A stretch of 64,000 nucleotides of DNA, taken from NCBI GenBank assembly GCA_964106915.2, contig OZ066922.1; one strand, written 5' to 3'. The notes under the pieces were generated by a model. That model had not been told where the DNA came from. It searched no databases and saw nothing but the letters and a program-made list of their open reading frames with translations. The DNA is from Podarcis gaigeae (lineage: Eukaryota). The translations under genes and the position numbers were made by a program. Below are positions 12,801 to 25,028 of the stretch, piece by piece (the first letter of the stretch is position 1; the number at the start of each line of letters is the position of its first letter).

Positions 12801-15800
12801 TCTGGAGGAGTTCCCACTCCTGTTTTAGAGTCGAGGTGCGAGGGAACACATAAAATAGTGGCAGAATATTGCTCTCCGGCAACAGATCAGAGGTACAGAA
12901 AAGCTAAAAGGGTGCACATTCAGATTACTAGGAGTTATAGAAACAAAGGCTCACATCATGAGAGGATCCAGTCACAAATCTGTAATGTCATGTCTCATTT
13001 GACCCCTAGATCCATCTGGAAATAAATCACCTTTCTTAGCTGGACGAAAGTCCCACAACATATCATAAGTATACAAGTACAACCACATTCTCCCAAATTA
13101 GCGGAGCCTCAAATTCTATTAAATACAACTGGAATAGAGTTGTGAAAGTGCAAAGTCAATGAGTAAACACTGCACACAATCCACCAAGTTTAACTATTAT
13201 TATGAAACCTTCTTTTACGTCTTTTTGAGCTGCAGCCTTGAAAGCCTCAGGGAAACGAACATAATCTGCACAGCAGTCATGAGTAAGAAACACTCTGACC
13301 CCCATGTTTTTTTACAAGCTAGATCATAAAATTGGAAGTTCCATTGGTTCTAAAACTTTTTCTCCCCTGCAAACCACTTGAAAATTGCCAAGGATCTTGG
13401 TGGACCACTTAATTTTTATTTTATTTTTTTGCCTGTTGCGGAAATTGTAATGTACTCTGCTATATGCTGTATGATTTTTAATGGTTTTATTGCTTCTTTT
13501 ATTTCTTACATATTGTATTTTATTATACCACAATCCCATACAATTCAAATTATATTGCAATAAAATACAATATAATAAATCAAAGAAGTAATAAAAATAC
13601 AGTTAGAAATGCATTATATGTGAAGACTTAATGCAACCGATGGGAGACCATAGCTTGAGAAACCCAATCTAGTCAAACCTGTGCCAAAGGACAAAATCCA
13701 CCACTACATCACCCCTGAGAGGCGGCCACCCAGTCTTTGTCATCTACCACCTTCCAAGGCTCTCATTTCACCATCAAACAGTTTGAGGGAGAAAGGCTCC
13801 AGGATTCTTGAAAAAGTGTGCAAGCTTTCAATAGGAAAATTTCCAGTCCTCTTCTTTCACCTTCACCTAAACACACACACACCTTCATGCTGGTCTCCAT
13901 CTTCTCTTACTCCCACCCCATTTTCCTTCTAGCACTGATACTTGCAATGTTTGAAGAGGTTCAATAATGTTTTTACAACATGCTGCTTGGGGAAATCTTA
14001 GGAAATATGAAAAGAGTATATAAAGTCTTTGAATCCAATCCTTCTGGCAAGGTCAGAAACTTCTCTAGAGAATCTGTTCAGTGTTAAAACCCATGCAACA
14101 AGCTTAGCCTAAGAGCCAAGTGCTTCACTAGAACAAATGATTACTTTCTATATAGTTCTAGTGTAGCTCTGCATGGGTGGTATTTAGCACACAAGGAGGA
14201 ATTTTCCAAGTAAGGTACTTATCTCTCTTTGGCACAGAGTTCCTTTAATTTAAAGTGATTCTTTTATTAGCCTCTATTAAGTTTACTATCTATTGGAGGA
14301 ACAATCTAGCATATTGTAACACACCAAAACAAGATGTTACACTGTAGCATCAACATTCCTACAATTACAATAGCAAATAAATAGGCCACAGAAGTCAACT
14401 CAAATTGATGCATATAATCATGCTTGCCTCTTCTGTTAACCTGAATGGTAGTCTGTAAAATAGCAACATGGTCGTATTTGAAGCACCAATTTTTGAAGCC
14501 ACTATAAACAACAAATATGTTCACTATATCTTGTCTTGTTTAATGAAAATGTTTGCGTGAACATCTGTATACATGCTTTAGCCTTGGAATTTTCACAGAT
14601 CCAAGTATCTCTGTTTTCCATCAATTTAAAAAATAACTGCAAAAGATAAAACCTTTGGATGAACCCACAAGCATCTTTAAAAATAATGTGAAAGCACTTT
14701 CTTAAAATGGCAGCCTTTCTTTTTCTTTAAGCCAATTATTTGCTAACATCTTTTTTGTTTTGAAAAAGCATCCATTTAAAGGTAGAGATTCCAGTGCACT
14801 TCCAAAACATTTTACAACTTTTTGTAAATTAAACTGACATTTATTGCCAAATGCAGGAAATACACCCATTCCCTTAAAAAAAAACCCTTCATTAAAAAGT
14901 ACTCAGCGTGCACATTTTTATGGCTTCACCAGCGAGAAAGAAAAATGTTGCTGTAAGTTGAACTCAACAAGGCCCTTTGAACTGCTGGGGAATTTAAGTA
15001 AGTAAAAGATTATTTAGATATTACAAGAGATTTGGGGGAAAGGGAGTTTGCTTAAGTGCTTTGAATGTAGCAGAAACGGTCAAAGTGCAGCCCCAAACCC
15101 CACATTGGAGAGCACAATAATATCACATGAATATTCAAGCCCCTCAGCTGTTGTAACATCCCATACAGACCTTTGGAATATATCTTCTTGAGTCATGTTT
15201 AAATTTTACTCACATGTAATTTTCAGACATTTTAAGATATCCCCAAAGGACTCGTTCTTTGTCCTCCTGCACCAGCTTACGTCCTAAGAGAGTTGCCAAG
15301 TGTTCCTTACTTTAAGTGGCTCTTTTGGCATTAAAGTTCCACAGCACATACAGATCCTTTATTTCAAGCACCATGCCTGCAGCTTCCCTTACAATGAAGA
15401 TATGTTGAGATGGAAATGCCCTCCATCACATATACCAGGGGGGAGGACCTTTTCCAGCTTCAGGGCCACATTCCAGTGATTGGTTCAGCTAGAGGTAGAG
15501 CAATACAAATGCAAGTCAGGTAAGGTGATCAGAATTATGATGGGGAAGTCAGACAATGCCAACATGTTAAAAGTAGAAGATGATGATAAAAAACTACTGG
15601 TGGACAGGTTGATCAACCAATTGCAAAGCATGTGGCTTTCAGCCTACAGAATCTTTTTTTTTTTCCTTTGCTGAAGACGCTGCAAAGCATTTTACTTGGG
15701 TTCTGGTTTTGACTGAAACTGCATTTGTCCTATATTTATGCCAAATGGCAGGTTTTTAGCCCCATGCTTAAGCGCTACATTTAATAGAAAGCCGACCCCT

Positions 15801-18169
15801 TATGCTCCGCACCAAGTGAGATCAACTCATTTCAAACACTGAAGAATGCTAAATAAGCCAACACCTAGTAACTAGATTCTAGTTTTTAAAACACACACAA
15901 GATTCAGACATGCTTAATTTTCACTGACGTGCAAGCCAGATAACTACAGCAGAACAAAACATTGTTGTATGCACATGGAATTTCTGTAGCTAGGTGAATA
16001 AAAATGACATACAACTGAATGCCACTATTTATAAGTACCAGGAAATATCTGAGCCGCAACAGCTGTATCAAGAATGATGCTGTTTGACTGCTGCTATGTT
16101 CCATTCCCCCACGCTTGGGCTTCGGAGACAGAGAAGGCTGTAGATTACAGCAGAATCCGTCAAAAGAAGGAGAATGTGCATACAGTCATCATCTCTATTT
16201 TCTCACCAAGAAAAGCAACTGAGCATGGAAACCATCCATGGTACAAGAGCCAGGACTGACCAAAATGTAATCAGATTCTACAACTCTAGTTAAAGTCACT
16301 GCCTGCCTCTGATTCCTAGGCAGTATGCCTACAAATTACTATTTGCTGGGAACACCAGACAAGAGCTATTGCTTTCATGGTCTGTTTTATATGGGCTTCC
16401 CAAAGGCCTCTGGTTGGCCACAGTATGAAACAGGATGCTGGACTGATCCAACAGGGCTCTTGTCAGTTACCACCAGAGGAAGTCAGAATAAAAAGTAATC
16501 GGAGATAACAATAAGTGAACAACATGGAAAATGTAGCGGTACCATAAACCTCCAGAGAATGGCAAATAAAAATAATTTTAAAATAAATAAATTGCTTTGA
16601 GCCTCTCGTGCCTTGTGCATGACAACTTAATATAATTCAGCATATTACTTCAGAATGTGAGAATGATGCCAAGGAAAGGCCACAGCGAAGATGCAATTGT
16701 TTCAGACAACATAGTCCCAAGCCACTTTATGTTGTAGGTTTTCAGAATCATAACTTAATCCAGGCATCCCAGCGAAGACTGCCAAAAGTAACAACCCTCC
16801 AGACTAAGGCAGCATTTGACTTTTAAACCACTAGGACATGGAAACTCCCTACATATCCCCACATGCATATCCCTACAATTTCTGGGTCCTCTGCCATGAG
16901 GAGCCTTACATTATCGAGGCAATGCAGTATGCTATAGATAAGTCACTCTCCTCTTTTCTTGCACATCATCTGCCTCAATTGCTGTGATTCATGTTGCTGG
17001 TGTGAAATGCAATGCTGTGAAGAATCCAGATGAGATAATTTAAGTCATCAGTCATGCTTTGATCCGATTAGCAAAAGGAAGACACAAACCATTTATTACA
17101 GAGAAGCAACATCGATACGGATGAGTAAGACAACTTATTACTTTTTTGTGAGGCAATGGAAACTACAGCTTATATGACCCCTTTATATCGTTGGTCAAAA
17201 TAAGCTGCAGCATCAAAACTACATTTAGCAAATTCCAATCAAGATATAGCCTATGATCATGTAAGTTCTTCAGACAAGGTGTTGTGGGGCAACTTGTTCC
17301 TGAGGTCTACATTTTTGTTTTACTTATCTCTGAGAAAGGGCACAGTAAATAGGAACTCTGTAGTCCAGTTACATTTTTCACACAAAAAATCTATTATCCT
17401 TTGCTAGCATTCAATAAACCATCAAAGACTTTTGGCCAAGCAAAAGCTGGCATTCTCCCATTTTTAACATTTAGCAGCTCTAGGAGAAGAGTCTAGGAAA
17501 AAAGCCACTCTGTATTTTTTTTAAGTGCATAATTGGTTTTCAAGATTTGCCAAGATACTTTTAAAAGAATGACACAATAAGCCAGATCTGTTCCTGGAGA
17601 ACTATTCTGGTCTCTAATGTATACTTTGTAGGGTATTTAAATAAAGGGTTTTATGTTGTTGAGGGTTTTTTTTAGAAAGAAAAACTTTTCTTACAACCAA
17701 TTCAAGACACCAGTCCATTAGGTCCATCCCAGCTGTGGTGAGCTCAGGAAGTTTTCTACAAGCTACAAAGAGTGTGAACACACTGTATTTTATTTTAATA
17801 TCTGCTGAGTAAACCTCTATTAACTAACAAGCAGTGGTGAGCTAAAAGGCCACCCTGGAGTATATTAAAAGGGTGGTCAGAATTAAAGTCGGGAAGCATA
17901 CTCGACCCCATGATTTTAGAAATCCATGGAGGGAAGGGAGGAGGCCTGAAGATTAAATGAAGTTGTAAAAAAGAAAAGATATAAAATATGGATGTTATGG
18001 AAAATGTTAAAACTAATATATATATTATGAATGACACCAGTCCATTAGTCCTCAGGAGGACATGGTGTTTCAACAGCAATATTCTGGAGCTGTGTGACAA
18101 TACGTCCAAATATGCCAACCGTAAAGTAACTTTATGCTGGCACACAAAACACTGGTAGAAATATTTAGG

Positions 18170-18350
18170 GAAGAGCCATGGTTCAGTAGAAGAGCACCTG
18201 CTTTACATGCAGAAAGTCCAAGGTTCAATCCCCAGCATCTCTGGGTGTAGCTGAGAGAGACTCCTGCCTGCAACCCTTGAGAGCTGCTGACAGTTAGTAT
18301 ACTATTGACAGCTCTGAGCTAGATAGACCAATGGTCTGTATAAGGTAACT
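18170..18350 (+). mobile_element. tRNA-derived SINE
   Basis: tRNA-like head with A/B boxes (GGTTCAGTAGAAGAGC ... GGTTCAATCCCCAGCATCTC) followed by a non-tRNA body; a related decayed head occurs at about 40081 and 60255. Confidence 0.55.
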
Positions 18351-19494
18351 TCTTGTTTTCCTGGGACTGGGATGCCTTCTGGAAATCAGATTAGTTGCTT
18401 GTGCAATCTAATCAATACCTCAACATGTTTCTCTCTATCTGCTTTCTTCACCCCTAGTGACTGCAGTCACTGAAATTTACTCTATGGCCCTATATGTATG
18501 GTCCTGCCCTTTCTTCTGCACAACCTCATCCAGGGTTCAGTTTCTTGGTCACACTATAATACAATGCAATATTACCTTTCAAATATGTCCAAGATTGCTG
18601 CTTTTTTAAAAAAAAATAAATCCCATGTATAAACTGCAGCTCAATCCGATGCAATTTTTATTTTTGAAACTTTTCTATCTAGCAGCCAGATCATGGGTTC
18701 CTGAGTTCCTTCACCCACAGTTGGCCACTCTTGCAGGTGGGGTGGGGGTAGGCACCCACCTATCAACCACCTGACTTCACCATACTGTCAGGTGATTCAT
18801 TTTCCCCTTGCACAAAAGGATGAGCCAAGCTGATTCAAATGTTGCTTGAAGTCACCGCCAATCACCTGATTCATGCCAACTTCAAGATCTGCTTTTGGTG
18901 GGGGGGGGGGGTTCAGTGCAAAATGGAGTCCCTACTAGGGAACTTTGTGGTGCAGTCAGCTGATTGGCGGTGATAGCAAGCCTCTGTTGCCAATGAACAA
19001 TTGGAGGCTCACTTTAAGGCCTAAATGATCCTCTCAATGTTCAGCTTGACATACATGATACAAAATATGCTCATGTGCATATTCACAAAGTGAGACATAG
19101 ATCTATATGACATAAGTTTTAGCAGGCAGGCTAAGCCTCTTCCTTTTCCAGACCTCCTCCAAGAATCAGCATAGGTCACAATATTTAACAAGCAGCATTC
19201 TTATTCAGTGTCATTCAATCAAACAAACAAACAGAGGAGCAACAACTGTATTAATTTGTGCTTTCTATGTTTTGCAAGACGATTAAGAACAACATAAACC
19301 CATACTGTATATATGTGTGTGTGTGTGTGTGTATTTATGTATAGCTTGTTTATGAAATCTAAGCTCCCTGAAGTATGCACTCAGACAGAAGACACGTGCA
19401 TTATGTATGACTGCAACAGCTGACCAGATTTGTTAACTTATCAGTCTAACAAACTTACCGGCCTTCCAGAGAGTACTTAACTTATTGGCCACGT

Positions 19495-19785
19495 TTACAT
19501 CAAACAGTGAAAGCACTATGATACCATTTAAATAGTCTCTGGTTCCCCCAAAGAATTATGGGAGCTTTAGTTTGATAAGTGTGCTGAGGGCTGATGGAAG
19601 ACCCCTGTTCCCCTTCCAGAAATGCAATTCCCAGAGTGGTATAATGACCAACCCCACTTCACAGGGAACTCTAAGGGAATAGATGGTTTCCTAACAACTC
19701 GCAGCACCCTTAGCAAACACCCAGAATCCTTTGGGGGAAGCCATGAATGTTTCAAGTGGTATCACCATGCTTTAAATGTATGTTC
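19495..19785. mobile_element. Palindromic MITE-like repeat
   Basis: Imperfect terminal inverted repeats (AAAGCACTATGATACCA ... TGGTATCACCATGCTTT) and internal inverted segments. Confidence 0.4.
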
Positions 19786-22342
19786 TAAGTGTGCCTATTG
19801 TTATTCTAGAAATAAGGTGGGATGTAACTACTTTTTAAAACCACTTTAAAAAATGCAACTAGAATAAGCTTTGTGGAAACTGACCTTCTAATCTGACTTC
19901 AGCATCTCTTGAAATAGCAGAGCCTGGTGCAAGAATCTAAAAACATCCATAGTTGCATCTACAAGCTATCTTCTCCGGGAAGTGACAGTCCCAAGTTCAA
20001 ATCTTACCTTCAAAGTGGCAATTTCCCCTCAGGTTCAAATACCATTTCCATGGTTTCAGATGGAGACCTAGGCTGACCCAATTCTTGTGCTGGCAGAAAT
20101 CTATTGAAACTGCCATGGTTTGTGCTAGCAAAGGCTCTTACCCTGCAACATAATTCTCAGCCACTTCCTAAGCTCCAAAATATGGTGTGATGCCCCTAAA
20201 GTGCAAAATCATGTAGAACAAGTAATCTAGAAATGTTGAGTACAATGAGGAACCCACAACGACACGGGTTTTTAGCATGGTTGTATGATGGTTAATTTAC
20301 AAGCTGAAACATTTTAATGTACAGAAATTATTTCAATGCAGCTAAGTCTTCTGCATAAACAGCATTCAGCCTGTAATGAAGTAGTGCCTTATTATATACC
20401 TTTCTCACTTTTTTGGGGGGGGGGGCTCCAACCTTCATAGATCCATCCCCTATAGAACTCCTCAGAGACAAGACCCACAAATTCATGCTTCATATAATTT
20501 CAGCAGGGATGGGAATAACAGAAATATGAGTCATAGACCATTGCCTTTTCTGTTTTGTATAACATCCAGACTAGATACCAGTGACACTTTGGAATGTATA
20601 TTTGAAATACTAACAAAAATTCAAAGGGGGGGGGGATAAAATGGGCAGGGAAGGGTCCTAAATGGAGGCTGTTTAGCGGAGTGTGGATAAGTCATTGCTG
20701 CTGTTGCTAAGCTTTGATTTTATTGTTTTGCTGTATGTTTCTAAACTGTTTTATAAGCCTGGATTTGTATTTTTAAACATGTTATAAGCTGTTTTGTGGA
20801 ATATTTCCCTTTAAATATGCGTGTCAACATACACACACACTTGAAACAGGTGTCCCCCCCCCCTCCATCCTTACATGGTGTGCATGTTTCACAAACATAT
20901 GGTCCTAAGCAGGTTTTCTTCCTGATCTTTTCCTTCCCTTCAATGTCTTCCTTAGCTCTTGACACTTGCAGTATTCATCACTCCCACACTGTTCTCCCAA
21001 TAGATTCGGGAGTTCTCACAATCAAGCCTCTATTCACAAAACCCAAGGTTAATTCACTGATCTCTTGGTATAAAGACACTGAGTTTCTAATAAAAATAAA
21101 GCTTTGGCAAATTAAAAAGTCAAATCATTCTGTTGCTCAGCTTAGAAGGGGTACAGCTTTGGGAATTTTCAAAGGCACACACAACCAAACAAAGATTAAG
21201 CCGTGCTAGCAGCCAAGAACTATTTTGGCTTGACAGAACATGTGGCTGAATCTTAAGGTGAGCCAAGGTTTTCCTAGGAAGAACGAAAAGAAAACTTTTG
21301 AAGACTTGGGTTTTCCAGGCAATGAAGGACAATTGGTACATTCTGTAGCTTTACCACAAAAAAGCAGCAGAGCAGCTTCTGAGTCTTGCTCTAATTTATG
21401 CAGACTAGTGCCATAGTATTAGTTCTTTGAGATGTGTCCATCAGTACCATTGATGATACCATGGAGGCTGTATAATCCATTTCATTTTGTTTTTTATTCC
21501 TATTTCCTGATATATTGCAAGCCTAAATCTTAGTTTATAGCTAAAAGCACTTGTTTACTAATTTTAGAAAGTGCTGAGCCTCTTTTTATCTTTTAGATTA
21601 TGGGACATGTTTGGTTGCTTTAACAGGAATGCTAAATATAAAACATTCTGTTGTGCTTCGTCTTTTTTAAAGTCAGACCCATCACAACCAAGATTTTTCA
21701 GCCTCTATATGTCCATGTACTTCAGTACAATACAATTACAGTATGTCAGCAGGCAACTTGCTGACGACAAAGACAGCAGGAGCACTGCTTCAACAAGAAT
21801 GATATTCCAACTCCCATCCCAGACTACATAATAAGTTTCACACATTAACATACGCATTAACAGTGCAATCCCGTACATGTCTACTCAAAAATAAGCCCCA
21901 TGGAGTTCAATAGGATTTATTTCCAAAGAAATAGATACAAGACTGCAGCCTAACACAATTTTCACCATTCACAAATATTGTTAACATGACCCAGCATTTC
22001 CATTTATGGACATCATAAAAACTGTCCTCTCCTAAAAGCGACACAGTAGCCAATAGGCAGCTTCCCTTTGAAATGCTAGTTTGAGGGATAATAGATCTGA
22101 AGTCAAGAAGACGAACCCTGCCTTGTCATATGTCATGCTCCATACAGACTCTAAGCACTGGCCCTCACAGAACTGATGTCATGAAAAATCATAAAAGGAG
22201 CAGAACAATTAACCTCAAGCTTCCCATCCCCAAGAGCTCAGAAAGCTTTTCAAAATAAAGCTGCAAACCAGGACATTGTCTGTGGCCAACAAATAAGGTC
22301 ATCTATAAACTCTGATGTCCCTTTGAAGTGAATAGAACCTAA

Positions 22343-22590
22343 TCCAGGTCGCGTGGCCAGCGTGACAAACTGCATCTGGCGAGCCAGGGCGGCACACGGA
22401 AACGCCGTTTACCTTCCCGCTAGTAAGCGGTCCCTATTTATCTACTTGCACCCGGGGGTGCTTTCGAACTGCTATGTTGGCAGGCGCTGGGACCGAGCAA
22501 CAGAAGCGCACCCCGCTGCGGGGATTCGAACTGCTGACCTGACGATTGGCAGGTCCTAGGCGCTGAGGTTTTACCCACAGCGCCACCCGC
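22343..22590 (-). mobile_element. Sauria SINE, truncated at both ends, abutting the left edge of the duplication homology
   Basis: Same body as full copies at 29846 and 43020 (GTTTACCTTCCCGC, TATTTATCTACTTGCAC, GGGATTCGAAC); lacks the first few 5' bases and the 3' tail. Confidence 0.85.
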
Positions 22591-23382
22591 TGGTACCTTG
22601 ATCTATAACAGGGATTGGAAACCTGTGGCTCTACAGGTGTAGTTAAGACTCCAGTTCCCATCAATCCCAACTAGCATGGCCAGTGGTGGAAGATTATGGG
22701 AGGGCCAGCTTCAATGGCATCTGGAGATTCAAGCCTATAAGAAACCATCCCACCAAATGGCTCTCTACCTGCTTCTCTTCCCACTCCAATAAGGCTGGCA
22801 CAGATGAATCCTTTTCCCAACTAATTCCCTTAAACCAGGAAGATTTCAGCTGCCCATCCAAAGTCATTCCACGGTGAAATACGTCGCACGTGGCCTCTGC
22901 CATGACACAAGCAGCTCAGCCAGCCCACTAAGCCGAGTCGAAATCATGGCTGCGAAGGTGTAGGCAGAGATCCTCAAAGCCTGGTTACCAGGAAAGATTA
23001 TCATTATCACCATAGCATCCCTTGCATGCGTCTCCAGGTCTGCGTACGCACGTAACCGTACTGGGAACACAGCACATTGTACCATACTGGGAACACAGCA
23101 CATTGTACCCTCGCTGCCATAAAAGGGGGTCACCATGTCCAGGATTTCAAAGGTCTCTTAACTCTCCTTCCAGCATGAGGTCATGATCCCCGAAATAGAC
23201 CCACCGCCATCAAGGGGATCGTGGTGACCTCAATGCTGAGAAACAAGGCAGGAATTTGCAAGGGAGAGAGGTTGTTTATTCCACCTGAGAAAGCAAAGGA
23301 AAAAATGGGGGCGGTGGGGTGGAGGAAAGAGGAGACACCCAGGACACCCCCAACCCAGCACTGCGTCAGGGGCTTCCCTTAC

Positions 23383-23704
23383 CAGGCTCGTGCTCGCCCG
23401 GGTTGTCGGAGAGCTCGATGACCAGCAGCTCCCGGCCCTCGGAGCTGCGGCCCACGGTGTAGATCCTGCTGATGGACGAGCACTGCAGCCACACCGAGAC
23501 CATCGCCTCGCGCATCTCCGGGTAGCGGTGGTACTCGAAGGAGATGCCGTCCTCCTGGCTGAGGCGGCGACGCCGGTTCGCCGAGCCGCCGCCTGCCGCT
23601 TCGGGCTGCTCCGCCTCGGAGCCCTGCTGCCGCAAGGCGAAGGCGCCCAGCGCGCCGCAGAGCGCCGCCAGCAGCAGCGCCCAGAGCCCACCTCGCCGCG
23701 CCAT
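23383..23704 (-). CDS. CPE: Carboxypeptidase E, coding exon 1 (copy 1, presumably linked to the rest of CPE left of the window)
   Basis: [20 protein letters not shown] signal peptide, RRRR propeptide site, then [28 protein letters not shown]...[19 protein letters not shown] as in vertebrate CPE; 322 nt, phase-1 donor G|GTAAGG. Confidence 0.96.
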
Positions 23705-24110
23705 GCCTGACGGAGAAGAAGGACGGGCGAGCGAGCGAGCGAGCGCGGCTGGCAATGCGCGCTTCTGCCTCTGCTTCTTCGCTCAGCTGCTGCCTTGACG
23801 TGCTGCGTCGACGCGGGCTGCGCTCCCTCTGCGCCCGCCTCCCCCTCCCGCAGGCGGAGAAACCTGCTCCGTCCAGGAAGAGCGCTCGCGCCGCAGACTG
23901 CACTACTCGCGCCGCAGCCGCCGGGGGGAGACGCAAGGATGTACCACTGCCGCGCGCGGGGGATGCGAAGGTGTGACGTGCCGCCACGCGCGCGCGCGCC
24001 GCCCGTCCACCTGGCAGCGCACAGGCGCCGCGACTGGCCAGGGCCAAGCGCCCTGCAGGTTTGGCGCCAGAATCTTCGTCGCGCGCGTCCAGAGGTGCGG
24101 GAGGGTGTGC
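23705..24110 (-). promoter_or_regulatory. CPE: CPE CpG-island promoter / 5' UTR (copy 1)
   Basis: Very GC/CpG-rich; CRE-like TGACGT at about 23796 and 23974, (CG)n run at about 23987-23999, E-box CACCTG. Confidence 0.8.
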
Positions 24111-24269
24111 CTCTCAGGACACTCTGCACATGCCCCAAACCTCTCCATAGGATGAAGTGCATGTATGCCTGCCTGCCTGCCAGAACGCGTGCCACCCTAG
24201 GAGCCAACTCTTAGAGGCCGAGGTCACTTTGCCCCCACCCCCTACAATAAAATATTTGAGGGGACCTGC

Positions 24270-24687
24270 CAGTGCCGGATTTATGTATAAGCTAAACAAG
24301 CTGTAGCTTAGGGCCCCACTCTCTTGCGGCCCCCTCAAAAAAAATTCAAGGAAAAAACAACTGGATGTACATTTCCAAAATATAAGAAAAAAATAAAAAT
24401 AAAATAATTGTTATGAATAAAAAATCATTTAAAGTTAGAACTTAATGATTATTTCAATATCAATATACTTCTTAATTGTATTTCAGTTCAACAATTACTT
24501 TGATAAAATACATATTTTGTTATGTGCAAATGGCTTTAGATACCTATTAGGTCCATAAATTACCGTATAGCATATATTCAACACAAAATACAGTGATAAT
24601 TTGTTGTTGTCAAAGGACAGCTGGACATATAAAGGGCCCCATTACCTCCAGTAGCTTAGGGGCTCATCAAGCCTAAATCTGGCCCTG
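24270..24687 (+). mobile_element. Non-autonomous hAT element
   Basis: TIRs CAGTGCCGGATTTA / TAAATCTGGCCCTG, imperfect 8-bp TSD ggacctgc/gcacctcc; same family as 30768 and 48473; missing, with about 70 bp of flank, from copy 2. Confidence 0.85.
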
Positions 24688-24970
24688 GCACCTCCCCCCC
24701 TCCCCCCCAGTTAATGACCATTGCTATTCAAATGGTGTGTGTGTGTACCGTATCATGTGATTGATTATGCAGGGAGGGGAACACCCCATATTTTATTCGG
24801 GTTGGCCATGCGTGCCACAATCAGGGTGCGACTGGGCTTCAACATCCCACAAGGTTCTGCTGTTTTCCCATGCTCAAAAGTCACTGTTCGTTTCACGTTT
24901 GTTGAGTAGTCAGCTGTACAGCTGCAGATAAAACGTTTTAGGTGTGTTTTAAGTGCATTATACAAACGTG

Positions 24971-24985
24971 ACACCAGATGGCGCT
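24971..24985 (+). promoter_or_regulatory. CTCF-like motif
   Basis: ACACCAGATGGCGCT matches the CTCF core; identical copy at 53087-53101; motif match only. Confidence 0.45.
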
Positions 24986-25028
24986 GGTAAGCTAATGCCA
25001 AATTACATATACTGTACAGGTATACAGT

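Noticed and set aside
18170-18245. tRNA-like sequences here and in Sauria SINE heads
   Set aside because: Degenerate stems continuing into SINE bodies; not tRNA genes
18852-18973. 13-bp inverted repeat TCACCGCCAATCA / TGATTGGCGGTGA
   Set aside because: Probably internal to a decayed DNA transposon; termini could not be defined
1-22340. Many 60-180 aa ORFs and a search for CPE exon 2
   Set aside because: No recognisable protein; most lie in repeats; no EPEFKY-type exon 2 sequence seen, consistent with a long intron 1
23705-23755. N-terminal extension MPAALARS... of CPE in the ORF track
   Set aside because: The track starts at a TTG; the ATG at 23704 gives a normal signal peptide
23230-24214. 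Long overlapping ORFs (325, 222 and 139 aa; also 359 aa at 51706-52785)
   Set aside because: Stop-poor GC-rich CpG island; Arg/Ala-rich translations; ends differ between the copies through indels, and only the CPE frame is recognisable
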